A stretch of 63,946 nucleotides of DNA, counting the filler, from Pseudovirgaria hyperparasitica (taxonomy: Eukaryota): assembly GCA_010093815.1 (NCBI GenBank). It is 31 parts of 31 records of this genome, joined end to end, with 100 filler letters (N's around TTAATTAATTAA, not from the genome) between each part and the next. Parts side by side here need not be neighbours in the genome. Positions count along the whole stretch, not along the records: positions 22,114 to 24,725 come from ML996661.1; positions 24,826 to 27,313 come from ML996662.1; positions 27,414 to 29,695 come from ML996663.1; positions 29,796 to 31,943 come from ML996664.1; positions 32,044 to 34,091 come from ML996665.1; positions 34,192 to 36,200 come from ML996666.1; positions 36,301 to 38,127 come from ML996667.1; 24 more parts are not named here. One strand, 5' to 3'. Shown in pieces: positions 23,451 to 37,374 of this stretch; positions within the stretch are counted from its first letter, which is position 1, and every line of letters begins with the position of its first letter. The translations under genes were made by a program, and so were the position numbers. The notes under the pieces were generated by a model. That model was not told where the DNA came from, searched no databases, and saw nothing but the letters and a program-made list of their open reading frames with translations.

Positions 23451-24825
23451 AATATGATACATGGAAGCATCCAAGCTGCAGACGCACTTCATCATGCGAT
23501 GGTACGCCAGGACGTAAGAGAGTACGATGTTCCAGTTCCTCTTCACGGCATTCCTCTATCTACAGTGAATTCTGGGGTCATTCTGACCATTCTGGCTCAG
23601 ATCAGGACTTTGGTGAAGATAGTTTCAACACCGAACAAGAAGATCCGGAGACAGTCGATAAGCCTCAAGTTGATTCCTCGTCTACATCAACCCGTCTCTC
23701 AACAGATAACTTACTTCAATCAAATATGAGACTCAGGAGCTTCGGACATATCCTCCAAAAAACATCTCGCGTCAAACGTCAATCATGTAATAGACGGTCC
23801 TTGTGCATAGGAAATCTCCGTGCAAGTATTCATTGGCATTTAAATTTCACCGCTCAAGTATGGACTGCAACACCTTCACTGCTTACTTCATTATCGCCAT
23901 TCTTGGCACCCTCGTTGGGAATTACCTCTTGTACTTCGACTTCCAAGCACGGAAGGAATAGTTTTTTGGATACTTTTCTCCCTTCGACTTGTCCTGTGGA
24001 CGTTGGGCTATTTCTGCGTAGTTCTTGCGCTGTTATTTGTCATTGCCGGCTGCGTTGGCCACTGGACGACTCGATCATCGTTCTGGGAGGAATGGACACT
24101 GTCATCTTTTGAATGCTCATTGCTTGCAATCTCTTTCCTTAACGTATGTAAAGTATCCTTATGTGTACGACCTCCTAACGATAGCCCAGTCAAAACGTAG
24201 CGTCCGCAACTACAATACGCTTCAGGATTCAAAGCTTCGCCTCGGTCCTCACCTATTCCTTATCAGCATCTTCTTGGTTATCGCGTTTTCCCCGCTGAGA
24301 AATCGATATTCCAATTTGCATGACATTGTTGTCGCAATCGTTTACATCATTCGCGTCTTTGCGCAGATGCAGCCAATAGAGTAATTGGCACAGCGAACTC
24401 GGCTAACTGTGATGTGGATGTGAGTAGAGCAAACACGTTAGCCAAGTGTTGGCCAAGGTCACTGGGTACCGGACGAGTAGCCCGCGACGCGATAACGCAA
24501 TCGAGCGGCTCTGCGGACGACTCAGCAAAGTGGGCGACGGCAGAGTTCAGGAGAGTGGAGAAGTGTCTCGCCGAGTATAGGCATCCGCGATCGGCACGCT
24601 GAAGAGCAGTTGCACGCGACTGCTCCTGCAGGAGCTCCTTCAGGCGCCGGAAGCGAGCTTGAGGTGAGATTGTACCACGTGGTAGAAGCGCGACGAATTC
24701 GAGGTTGGATATACACTTGTGGATGNNNNNNNNNNNNNNNNNNNNNNNNNNNNNNNNNNNNNNNNNNNNTTAATTAATTAANNNNNNNNNNNNNNNNNNN
24801 NNNNNNNNNNNNNNNNNNNNNNNNN

Positions 24826-26960
24826 TAATAGAGGTTAAAGTCTCCTAGGAGGATATATTATCCTAGCTCGGTAGTGCCCTTAAGTATGTTATCCGCCTAA
24901 AGTAATCGGTTCTAATTATATATATTATATATATAGAGGGGTCCGATATTCGTCTAGAGGTGTAGTATTATCCGGAGGTTATCCTATTTAGTATACGACT
25001 ATAATAAGAGTAGAATAGACTTATAGATATAGAAGAGGACTCTCCTCTCCGGTCCTAGGGGGTGTATTATATAATATTCTAGGTGTGTTATTGGTTTGTT
25101 CGTCTGGTAGTGTTTATATAGCTCCTATATGGCGAGTATTATAGCTCCGGTCTCCTCGAGGAGTATCGCCTAGTTCTTACGTTTATACTATACGTTTATC
25201 TATATAATTAGGAGTGCGTCTTAGTCTCTCATTAGGTGCTAGGGAATATATAGGCCTATATATTTATTCCGCTAAGATACGACTATCCTCGTGCGGCGGC
25301 GGCCTTAGTAATTCCTTAGGGCCGTCCTATTATTAGCTTTCTTAGGACGGTTTACTATTTCTAACCGCTTCCTCGTAAGGAGGTAGTCTATAGTAGTAGT
25401 ATTATAGTAGAGAGAGGAACGGAGGTAGGTCGTATCATTTATAGCTACCTTACTCCCTTTATCCGGATTAAGTAGATATATTCGGTAACCTATTTATGTT
25501 TCGCGCACGTAGCCGACTACGACGGGTACTTACCGTCGTAGTTAGAGTACTTTACCGTGTCCCTATCTCTCTAGCCCTCTTCTCGTGTCCCGTGGGGGCA
25601 CTCCTAGGTACTATATTCTTATTAATACTACCTATACCTAGTCTTTTAGGAGTACCGCTATACCGTGTACCCGTATCTCTAATAGTTAAAGTACTATATT
25701 ATCGCCTATACTCTATCCCATGGTTCCGCTATAAGAAGCTCCCCTTCCGCTAGGAATCCCTCTTACGTAATTTAATACGCGAGGGCGGGGTCCTTAAGCT
25801 CTACTATTATAGTAGAGTATACCTTTAATCTGGTTTTAATCTCTTATATATTCTTCTACTATGCTCTTATAATCTTAATCCCTAGGTATTTTTGCTCGTT
25901 TAACTATTCTATCTACGTGATATTCTCTTCTCTAATAACCTATCCGCTTATAGATATAGAGTATATCTATATTAGGTATATGGCCGCCCTAATAGAGGCG
26001 CCTAGGAAGATACTACTAATCGCGTTTAGATCGCGCGAGATGGTCTACTACGCGATATTCGTTATCGTGGTAAGTACTACTCCTCCTAGCGTAAGTTTAG
26101 TAGCGACGACGTTTAACTATATTCCCTTTTATTTATTAATCTTACTTACTATGTCCTTTAGGGATGCTCGCTAGACCTATACTAGGGTATCCTTATCCTA
26201 GATTACGACGTATATACTATACACTACGTTACCGGTCCGGGGGGCCCGTAGTATAGCCTCCGGTGTTACTACTATTTATATCTATATACTAGGGCGCTTA
26301 CCTTAAGTAAGTTCCTCCTAGATTCTACGTAGGCTAGCCTCTATTCGGTCGAGTCTACCCTCCGGTCCTCCTAGTTATATCTTCTTCTCCTCCTCCGTAA
26401 TTCCCTTTAGATTTTAGATAAGATTCTAGAATATATATAGAAGGGTCTTCTAGCCCTCTCCGGCTTCCTTCTCTATACGTACTACCTAGTAGTTAATATA
26501 ATCTAGAAGGGTTTCCCCTCTTAGGGTCCCCTTTATTCCGTCTATCTATAGCGGCGTGCGCCTTTAGGTGTATTCTACGTTTTAGATAGGTATATAGCTA
26601 CCCTTAGTAATGTCGCTATATAGCCTTTTCTATCGTACTAGTAGGGGTATATCTAGTATATACCGGGGTATATCGGTGCCTAAGGCCGCCATATTTATTA
26701 GTTAAGGGCTACCCTTAACTAATAAAAGGGGGTCGGCGTATTAGTATTCTAGTAGCGTAGTCCGTGCCTCTATCTCCGTGAGGATTTTAAGAGGGTATAT
26801 ATATATCTTTATACGGCGATAACGTCTTGGTTTCGACGCTGCACGTACGTGTGTATAGTAGTAGTTAGTATACTCGGTATACTCTATTAATTAAGGTATG
26901 TATCTCGCTATATTACCCCGAATGGACCAAGTTAGCCTCTTAGGGATGTAAAAGAAGTTT
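24826..26960 (-). mobile_element. RIP-degraded Tad1-like LINE, 5' part (5'UTR, gag-like ORF1, start of endonuclease)
   Basis: I*YFNY*RYG (from IQCFNCQRYG zinc knuckle). The contig start is homologous to the EN region at 9936-10109. Confidence 0.8.
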
Positions 26961-27413
26961 TTTTTTTACTTAGGTATTATACGAAAGTATATATTATTAT
27001 TCTATATATATTTATATATATAGATACCTTATAAAACTTAAGGGGGTGTATAAACTTAACCTCTACTATATCTAATAAGTTTATATAAGGTATTTCCTTA
27101 TTAGGAATAGCTTAATATTAGTAATCGATATTACTAATATTATCTACTTATATATATAAACACTCTATACTCTTATAGAAGTTTCTAGAACCCTCTAGAA
27201 ACTTCTAGAGGTCTTTAGAAACACGAACTTCTATAGAGTTCTATTAGGTTCTACTATAGAGTCTATAAGTTCTATAGAGTTCTACTCTACTCTATTCTAT
27301 TCTAAGGAAACTANNNNNNNNNNNNNNNNNNNNNNNNNNNNNNNNNNNNNNNNNNNNTTAATTAATTAANNNNNNNNNNNNNNNNNNNNNNNNNNNNNNN
27401 NNNNNNNNNNNNN

Positions 27414-29695
27414 ACCTATAGAATAAGTTATATAGAAAAAACATAAATAGGACGAAGACGGGTCTACGCTTAACCTTACCTTCGCTACGGAGCATATTAG
27501 TTACCGGATCTAATACTACCGCCTAGGCTAGGTATAGACGGATTCCGACTATAAATATATAGAAACCGTAATAAACGTGTATACCCCGAATAAATAATAG
27601 GGATAATAGATATAGAAGGACACCGACTAGGAAAAGTACCTAAAGGACCTGGAATCAGCGATCCTAGATCCCTCTATAGTCGATATATCTAACGACCTAG
27701 CTATAGACCAGGCCGTATAGATACTCCTATAAACATACTAGAATACGAGAAATAAACACGTACTATACCGAATATACCGGCCCCCGGAAGTAAAGGGGAT
27801 TCCTTAAGTACGGGAAAGTAGATAAGACGCCCGAAGACTATATAGACGCGTATACTATATAAGAATACCTAAGTCGTAGAAAGAATAGAAGAAAGCAATA
27901 TAATAACGCGATAAAGTCCTCCGTAACGAAAGGCGTAAATAGTAGTATATAATTACTAGTTAATAGACACGATACGTAATAGGGCTATAGCGTATAGCGA
28001 AATAGGCTAAGGGCGTAGACACTCCGACACCCCTACTACTTATGCCTCCCCTAATATATTAGGGGAGAATATACTCTACGGGCCTTAAGAAAACTAAGGC
28101 CCTACGGGAGGCTATATTCCCTCTCCCGGAACTAGTAGACCTATTAGACGTTCACGGCGCCGAATATCTATACGCGGTAGATATCCCCGAAGAAGTTACG
28201 GAGGAGGATATACTTAACATTATTAAGATACTTCTAAATAATAAAGCACCCGGACTAGATAGAATTCTAAATCGATACCTAAAAAGTACTATAAAAGCGA
28301 CTCTACCGCTTATTACTCGTATATTCTAAGCATACGTTATGTAGGGGTACTACCTCTAGAGCTTCCGAGTCGCCTATACTATTATACTCCCGAAGCTAGA
28401 AAAGAGCTCTAACTCCCTAAAGGGATAGAGACTAATCGCCCTTCTCTTCTACCTAGGTAAGATACTAGAGGCTATGATAGTGAAGAAGATAAGTACCGTA
28501 GTATAGAAATATAATCTCCTCTCTCTAAACTAGAAGGTAAAGGTAGATAGCTCCCTAATAATAGCTATCTAATATATTATTAAAGTCGTCTAGGCCGCAT
28601 AGAAATAGGGACGGGTAGTATCGCTCCTCTCCCTCGATATGGCCGGAGCGTTTAATAAGGTAAACTATATAAGACTTATTTATAACCTCCGGATAAGACG
28701 AATACTAGAATAGATTATACGCTTTATATAGTTATTCCTTATAGGAAGAATAACTTAGATATATATCCCTAGGTACTAGAGCGAATATAAAGAGACGGTA
28801 TACGGCATTCTATAAGGGAGCACTATCTCTCCGATTCTATTCCTCTTCTTTACGGTAGACCTTCTTTAAGGAATAAAGTATATAGAGGTAGTCGGATACG
28901 CCGATAATACATACCTCCTAGCCATTAATAATAATACTAATAGAACGTGTAGACAACTAGAATAGAACTATAAGAGGTGCCTCTAGTAGGTAAAACGCTA
29001 CGGAGTAAAGTTCGCCCTGGAGAAATACTAACTTATATACTTTATTAATCGTTAAGGGAAATAGATAACTAGGGAAGGCGAACGACGCCCCCGAATTAAC
29101 GCATTTAATAAACTACTAGTATAAAGTATACACGCGCTCGGAGTTATACTAGATAGCAAGCTTAAATGGGGACCATAAGTAGTATACGCCGTCTCTAGGG
29201 CCCTCTAGGTAGAAGCCGCTATATAACGGATTATAGCCTCTATATAGGGAACCGCCCGGGATAAGGCACGCTAGCTATATATATCTATGGTACGACCCGC
29301 CTTTACGTACGGACACGAGTACTAGTACACGGCCCTTATATAGACTAGGCGAATAAAGCTCGAATCTATATAGAACCGTATACTCCGTCTTATATTAGGC
29401 GTATATAAAGCTACTAACACGGTACTACTACGACGAGAGATAGACGTTATAAGTATATATAACTTCTACTAGACATAGAGGGTAGTATACTTTACTAAAT
29501 AATAAGTATAGGAACGTATAGAAAATATAGAATATACTTTCGCCGCGCTACGTATATGAATTAGTATATATTACCGCGTACTCCTATATATAGGCCGGAA
29601 TTAAATACGGTATAGGTACTTAATAGAAGCCGACTCTAGCTAAGTAGTATAAGAAGTCCGAGATAACCCGGACGCTCTCCTAGACTAGTAGAGCC
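27414..29695 (+). mobile_element. RIP-degraded Tad1-like LINE ORF2
   Basis: Reverse-complement copy of about 7565-9845; DMAGAFNK and VGYADN relics. Confidence 0.88.
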
Positions 29696-29795
29696 NNNNN
29701 NNNNNNNNNNNNNNNNNNNNNNNNNNNNNNNNNNNNNNNTTAATTAATTAANNNNNNNNNNNNNNNNNNNNNNNNNNNNNNNNNNNNNNNNNNNN

Positions 29796-29843
29796 CTGCG
29801 CAAAGCATGTGATTCCTGTAGCATTCGAAAAGTGAAGGTAAGC
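29796..29843 (+). pseudogene. Orphan first exon of a Zn2Cys6 domain
   Basis: LRKACDSCSIRKVK followed by a GTAAGC donor; no second half of the cluster follows. Confidence 0.6.
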
Positions 29844-31004
29844 TTGTAGTCGATGACGGTTGCAGAAATATGAAATTGTGTAAGGAGTCATGAGTGTATT
29901 GGTAGTTCCACAAGGTAGCACTTACGGCATGATTAGACTAAAGGAGGAGAAGGAAAAGCTTTGTTGTATTGAGGCGGTTAAAGCTGTTCAGCCGGGGTAA
30001 AGCCACTCTTGGCAGCAATTTTTTGCCAGGAGCGACTTTACCCTGGCCTATACTAATGCAGGATCATATCGCACTACACCTTATATAGCTTCGATAATCC
30101 TTTTCAAGTTAGTCGCAGAGAGCATGACCGCTCCTCCGAAGCAGCACATATGCGCGTAACTGCCTTCGTGCTATCCGTGCTGCGGATAAATAGTCGTGAT
30201 GTGTACATGATGAATAACAAAGTATGTACAGCAATGGGGCCAAGGAAGGTGGTAAGGAGGGCAAGGTTCCTATAGAGCCAATCAACGGTGTAGAAGACGT
30301 TAAGATGACTTCACATTTCTTAGTAGCTAAACATTTCTAGCGCGGAGTCGGTACAACACCCATAGCCACGTACTGCTCGACCTAACTGATGATGACCTTA
30401 CGCCTCTCCTTCCCTGTCTCAGCAAGGCGAGTTTTATGACGCAGAGTTAGCACATAGCTCAAGTAATGCACTAAAGCGGGGGAAGAGCGCGGGGGAAGGC
30501 GACACCGAGATGTGAGATCAGCTTGGGGGAAGGGGTTGGGGACAAACCCCACGATCACCGACAGAGTGATATACCCGTGGTGGCTGCCGGGGCAAGGTTG
30601 TAGCCTGCTTGATACGGGACATAAAACACACGCTGCAGTGGCGACCTGACGACTAACGAATTTCTTTCCCAATGCTCGCCGTAGGCCTGTAAAATTTCCG
30701 TCTTCTTTATAGCCAACGAGATATAGGGGGCTCCCGATGACCCGAAAAGTCCAAGGATCTTGTGTGCGGCATCCCAGAGCTGGTGCGGTAGTCCATGTGA
30801 GTACAGACTTGCTCAGAAGATGAACGCCATGCCGTGGGGAAGTCCAAAACCAAGCCATGGATCAGTACGTCTGTGACCACTACTGAAAAAGCGACAGAGT
30901 ACATCAGGATATATATGTGTCCCACAGTCTTTGACCGGTCAGTCACCGCTATTCGGCGAACTCGCTAGTTGCCTGTTGTTTGCTTCGTTTGAGTATACTA
31001 TAGT

Positions 31005-31648
31005 ATGCCTCCGCAGTATTTCTCCCAGGCAAACGTGCCCCTACCAGGAATCGAACCGAACGCATCGAAGGATGATGGTATGTGTGAGCTCTTGGCCGTG
31101 GAAGACTCTAACTTCCTTAAGGTATTCTTATCAACCCTCCATTCAAACGCCTATTCCTAAATTGTTGGGCCTTGATCCCATGCGTTAACTGGCGAAAAGA
31201 GAGAGCGGCCGACGACGTTAAGGATAGAGGGCATGAACAAACAACATCGCAGCCCTGGCGATGTGACTCTTGGGAATACATATTCAAAATAGAAAACTCC
31301 ATTCCCACATCCTCTGCATCGAATCCCAAGGCACGCGTAAAAGTCAACGTGGAGTGGGTCGACACCCTATATGATGTGAAGCCCATCCCAAATCGAAAAG
31401 GATCGAGCTACTTCTTCTCGCTTCCCTACCTGTGCTGCGGTACACAATACTATGACGGGTCCCTACTGGGTGACCACTTCACGCACCACCACTCGTCTGA
31501 AGACCGCGTCGAAAAGTGTACTCCGGCTCTATGGTTTGAGAATACACGTAAGCAGCAGGCGATCGATGCTCCTCCTCGACTTTCCAATCCTCCGAAGAAC
31601 GATGCAGAGGCCAAAGATTGTATGATAGGATCCCAAATGCGCGCCTGA
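31005..31648 (+). CDS. Hypothetical protein with 44-nt intron (31078-31121), possibly truncated
   Basis: ATG 31005; GTATGT..CTAAC..AAG intron joins in frame to ORF 31172-31648. Confidence 0.5.
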
Positions 31649-32043
31649 GAAACCTGATCTCGCATTTGACACGGCAATAGTTGAATTTCTGAGCTATTGC
31701 TTAGAGCCGGTCGAAAATGCCTGGAGGTTCTTGAGTTGCCTTAGTGCAGATGAGAAATTCAAGATCCGAAAAGCATGGTACGACATCATCCAGGCCGCCG
31801 ACAACTGCGAGCAAGATTTGGGGATTTGTTCGGGCGACAAGACAAAGGAGCCGGGCATTACCTTGGCGAGGTACATTGACTTCTGGAGCATGAATCATTA
31901 TTGGGACATGAATAAATCATACTCCAGTTTGTCATAGCATTTCNNNNNNNNNNNNNNNNNNNNNNNNNNNNNNNNNNNNNNNNNNNNTTAATTAATTAAN
32001 NNNNNNNNNNNNNNNNNNNNNNNNNNNNNNNNNNNNNNNNNNN

Positions 32044-34091
32044 ATATAGAAGAAAGGGTTTAGTTCTTCGATTAAGGACTATTTTTATATTAATCTATCT
32101 CTTACCGGGTACTTCTTAGTTAATAGGGTACCTATTATTATATATACCGGAACCATTTACTCGTCTATTAAGAGTACGTAAATAAGAGTTATTTATACGT
32201 TTTTAGAGTCGTGTATAAATAGATATTTATATATTATAGATATTCTATTTATAATATTCTATTTACGAAGGTCTATTTATAATTTTAAGGGTCCCGAGTA
32301 TAAAGGTATAGTTTCCCTTCTATTTTTCTAGACCTTAGTAATCTTATTCTTCTCCGTTATAAGATTAGATTCTCTCTTCTTATCTAGTTAGAGTCTAGTT
32401 ACTAATACTTAGGTTCTATAGATAAATAATATTATCTACTACTAGGGCTACGCCCTAGCTAGCGAAGACTATACTAACTAAGTAGTAAGTATTAGACTCC
32501 GTGTTATTTACGTCGGGCTCTACTAATTTACTTAGTTAAACTAAAGTTACTTCTATACTTATTATACTCTAAGAAGGGTAAATTACTAGAATCTATAAGC
32601 TAACTTAGAAACTCTTATTATAATAACCGCTAACCGAGTATTTTAGACTAGAGATTACTTATATTACTTATATAGTATAGACTCGGTCGGCTAATACAAG
32701 GGCGTAAGTTCTTTTCCCTTCTAGTTCTATGTTTTAACGCCTAGCTAATAGTTAGTTTAGACTAGATATCTATAAGAACCTCGCCTAGGTTCTAAAAGCC
32801 GTAAAGGCTTTATAGTCTTTATAAGTAGCTAGTCTACTTCCTATATAAGACTATTTAGACTCTCTAGATAAATAATTACTAACTACGCTTTTAGTACTAT
32901 CGCCTTCTAGATAACTACTTAGATAACTAATATAGTAGTCTAGTAGAGTTAAACGTAAGTTTAATCCTAGACTCTAGTTAAATTCTCTTACTAACCTTCT
33001 ATTATAGTATAGGCGGTATTCCTCTAGTATTAGTATTAGGGCTCTATTAGGCTAACCTATAGGCCTATTAGAATGAGCCGGCCTCTAGGCCTTTTCCTTT
33101 AGTATTTAATTCTCTCTCTCTTTTTTTTATTCTTTTCTTTCTATAGAATGAATTTCTTTTTTATTCTCTCTTAAGACTATATAGTCTTCCTTTTCTTTAT
33201 CTATATATTCTATAGATTACTAGATAGATATCTTCTTTTTCTTTATAGTCTACTACTCTAGTAGACCGTTATTCGTCTTAGTAGATCTAAACTTCTATTT
33301 AAACTTATCTAATATAGTAGTATCCGTTAGGTTTACTAAGGGTTTCTATATTAGATTATAGTATCTAGTCTATTTTACTAGGACTTCTCTTCTTTATTCT
33401 CGCTCTTTATTTCTAGTATATAGTATCTCTTTAACTTACTACTCTTTATATATCTTAATAAGTATAGAGTCTAGTTATTTATTATTAGTCTTCTATCTAG
33501 TAGATAGAGGGTCTTTACTAGCTAGTCTAAGTAGATCTATATAGAATACTAGATAGATATTACTAGGAAGCCTCCTTAGTCTAACGGACACTAGTAATAG
33601 AACTTTATCTATAGTATATTTTACGTGCTTTAAGTCTAGGTTCTTCTTTAGTTAACTTATTATATAGTTTCTTAAATTAAGCTATACTTTATCTTCTATA
33701 TAGTATACTAGTACTAGAGTTTACTTTCTATTCGTGGACTTCTCTTACTTTTAGACGGCCTCTACTATATTCGCTTAATATAGCTTAGTAATATTCTTTA
33801 TCTTTTTTATAAAGGTTTCTACTCTTTATTTAGTAGGGAGTAAGAAACTAGAGTTAGCTTCTATCTATAGAGATATAGAGGATAGTAGATTATATCTATA
33901 GATAGTAAAGAATAGGCTTATTTCTAGCCCTACTTAGTAGCGCGTGTTTAGTACTAGTTATATAGTTAGAAGCTAGGTTTTCTAATTAGACTATTTCTAA
34001 TTAATAAAGTTTCGTAAGTAGCTCTATATCTTCTAGTTTATTCTCTCTAGGCCTCTATCTATTTAAGGATAGTATATAGAGCTTAGTCTTT
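32044..34091 (-). mobile_element. Heavily RIP-degraded retroelement, probably Ty1/Copia gag-protease-integrase
   Basis: Very strong TpA bias. YVLLIDE-like integrase relic near 32160-32180, downstream of a possible zinc-knuckle relic. Confidence 0.45.
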
Positions 34092-34683
34092 NNNNNNNNN
34101 NNNNNNNNNNNNNNNNNNNNNNNNNNNNNNNNNNNTTAATTAATTAANNNNNNNNNNNNNNNNNNNNNNNNNNNNNNNNNNNNNNNNNNNNTGGCGACGA
34201 GTATACGACAAAATGCCAGAATATGTCCGTCTCACGTAAATTTGGGTGGGGGAGACATAGCGCGACATGCGAATGCCAAGAGAGTCAGGTTCTAGGCAAA
34301 CGACGAATCCCTTAGCTCCACGCCGTCTTATAGTCCTCCACTCGGGTTTCAACCTGGAGGTGAGATGAAATTTCAAACAGTCGATTGAATATGGGGGTAT
34401 TGGAGGTCAGAAAGGTCAAAAAACGATTCAAATCCCCTAAAACACCTGATCGTGGTTTTAGAGGTGGGTGAAATAGGTGAGTTTTGGTGAGGGCCTGAGA
34501 GGCGATCCACGACTTTTGCAGACCCCTGTTGACTGGAAGGTCGGCTTGGTTTCCAATTCTCTCCCCAGATCTGGCCTTCTAGCCAGGTTAGATCTGATGT
34601 CTCCAAAGGGGATCGAGTCGTACGTAATGGCTACTGCAATATTTACTCAATTTCAGTGATGTGTACTAGTTCCTATTCTACGT

Positions 34684-35082
34684 TCACACTTCACGCAAGG
34701 CCCTTAATCCACCTTGCGCGTTGACATCAGCACCACTATCGAGCAGCAGCTTCACAGTCTGCTGGTGGCCTCCATCTGAAGCTGCTTGGAGTGCGCTGTC
34801 GTAGATTCCACCTTGCGCGTTAACATTGGCGCCCTTGTTGAGCAGAAGCTTTACAGTGTACTCGCGGCCTCTACATGAAGCCGCTTGAAGTGCGTTGCCG
34901 TAGCGTCCATGCGCGTTGACATCAGCACCACTATCGAGCAGCAGCTCCACAAGCTGCTCGTGTCCTCTGAATGACGCCGCCTGGAGTGCATTGCCATAGA
35001 ATCCGCCTTGCGCGTTGACATTGGCGCCCTTTTCGAGCAGTCGGTTTACCATAAAACAGTTACCATATTTGGCGGCATCATG
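34684..35082 (-). pseudogene. Ankyrin-repeat fragment (NACHT/PNP-ankyrin NLR-like repeats)
   Basis: Repeats of GANVNAQGGFYGNALQAAS.RGHEQ.V.LLLD. Isolated, without an upstream NOD domain. Confidence 0.85.
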
Positions 35083-36173
35083 TAATGGACAGTGACTATG
35101 CCACTCGTATAACAGGGGGATTAATAGCTGCTGAAAGCTCCCTGATGTCCTGCACCAAGACAGAAGATCACCCTTGTTCAGTATCTACCCACACAGGTGG
35201 AAGTGTAGACCTACGAAACCGCCGATACGCAACAGTATCTCATTTGGGAAGTCGGTTAATAACATCATCCTGACCTAAGACTATCGTCGACGGTAGGTGT
35301 CCGAGGGCCACACTTCGAAGAGTCAAAAGTTGAAAGTTGAAAGTTAGAAGTTAAGTCTTAGATCCTGCTTAGTCAGCGTAATTAATAAGTTAAAATCAGT
35401 TAAAATCACGTGTATTGTGTGTTTTCTTGAGGCATGCGCGATCAAAATCAGTCGAAATAAGTCAAAATCAGTCGAAATCAGTTCAACAGTATCAAGAGAT
35501 GGTCGTGTTACAGGCATGATAACTGATTGGACTAAAGGAGGAGAAGGAGAAGTTGCGTTGTATTGGGGCGGTGGAAGCTCTTCAGCCGGGGTAAAGCCAC
35601 TCTTGGCAACAATCTGTTGCCAAGAGCGGCGGCTTTACCACGGGCTAGCGTGTCTGTACCCGCTATCTGTATGCATAACTGTTTCCTTTCCAATGCGAGC
35701 AGGGATCCTGTCCTAACTCACCGCTCGCTGGTTGCCTGCTTACTGAGCCTCAAACGTCGATATACGGAGAGGCGTCCTGCGCGCCCTGTAGCTCTCATCA
35801 CTGCAGCGATCAAGAGAGGGCGTGTGGCATCAGGCATTATCCATCGATGCTTCCCACTGTGTGCATGGATCACAGAATTCGCCACGAGTCGTCCACAGTA
35901 AATAGCAACACTCTCTGAAATGGCGTCAATGTTGAGTAGTTATTAGCTTGCTGCATCTTCCTACAGCTGTCCTACGTCACGACAATTAGCTACTTATTTT
36001 GGCATTTTGTCGTATACTCGTCGCCACATGAGGTTTTAATATACGTATACTATCGAATATTAGTTAATATACTTGGTGTTGAGTCTCCACGTTTTTTTTC
36101 TACCCATATGCCCCCTACGAGGTCGAAAAAACCCACTCAAAGCGTTCAATTTGCCATAGACGCGTCGACTAAA

Positions 36174-36200
36174 CCTCCTCCTCCTCCTCCTCCTCCTCCT
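36174..36200 (+). repeat. (CCT)n microsatellite
   Basis: Visible at contig end. Confidence 0.9.
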
Positions 36201-36300
36201 NNNNNNNNNNNNNNNNNNNNNNNNNNNNNNNNNNNNNNNNNNNNTTAATTAATTAANNNNNNNNNNNNNNNNNNNNNNNNNNNNNNNNNNNNNNNNNNNN

Positions 36301-37360
36301 AAACTACTAGAGCTATAGAACGTATACGTACGTCTAGAGGTCTAGAAGATTCCTATTATTAATTAAGAGAAGGATCTAGAATGTATAAGGAGGAATATAT
36401 AAGGAACGGTCTCTCTATGTATTTAGTTCTCTCTCTATCTAGTCTTTACTTTAAGAATTATACTATATTCTTATTATCTTTAAGCTATACTCCGCCGATC
36501 CATTTATTATATAATAGTCTATTACGGCTAGATCCTATTATATAACTCTATTTAGATATATATTCCTTATATAAGGAATATTATATATCTATTTATACCT
36601 GCCCTTTTCACAAGAATAACCTAGATACCCTTCTAGACTAATAGAGCCTTCGAGAGCTCGGACAAAGTATATAGTTATAGATCTAAGATAAGTAGAAAGA
36701 GACACTCCGGGCCTAGTAGGCCTCCTAGTAGAATAGATACCTAGAGTAGATCCGAGGACTATAGAAGGAGCTAAGTAAATAGATATATAAAGGGCTTATA
36801 AAGGCCTAGGTATCTATACTCCTCTAAGCCCGAATGGGCGCTATAGAACTTCTATACTACCTCTATAAGAGAGGCGTCCCCGACGTATCTCTATGGTATA
36901 AGGTATATAGCCGGAGAGGTATAATACGCTACTATCTTATAATATGCTCTAATCTTTACACGTAAAGGTAGAAGCTTATCTATATAATAAGAACCTCTAA
37001 TATCATACGATGGCTTAATAAGTACTCTAAGGACGTCGCCCGGTAGATAATTATACACCTACCACTCCTCTAATTCTAGTGGACCCGGAAATATATGCCG
37101 GAAGAACCCCTTAACTAATAACTCCCGCACCTACACGTGCTATCTAAGGGTAAAATAACGGTAACACAGGCTGTAGGCTAATAGGTGTACCCTATAGCTA
37201 TATACTTAAGAAGAAATAAAGGTTTAACGAGATGTAATTATCGATATAAGGAAGTTTTCCCCTCTTGGGTTTCTTCTTATATAGTAGCTTAGACTAGAGG
37301 AGGCATAGGCCTGTAGAGTACTACTCTACCTAGTTATATAATATTATTATTATTATTATT
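36301..37360 (+). mobile_element. 3' end of a RIP-degraded LINE with (ATT)n tail
   Basis: Homologous to the reverse complement of 6872-7500; ends in ATTATTATT at 37343-37360. Confidence 0.75.
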
Positions 37361-37374
37361 ATACTAGATATAAG

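Noticed and set aside
25496..26174. Hydrophobic ORFs 25496-25753 and 25917-26174 as membrane proteins
   Set aside because: Antisense frames of RIP-mutated LINE gag; the I/L/Y richness comes from TpA enrichment.
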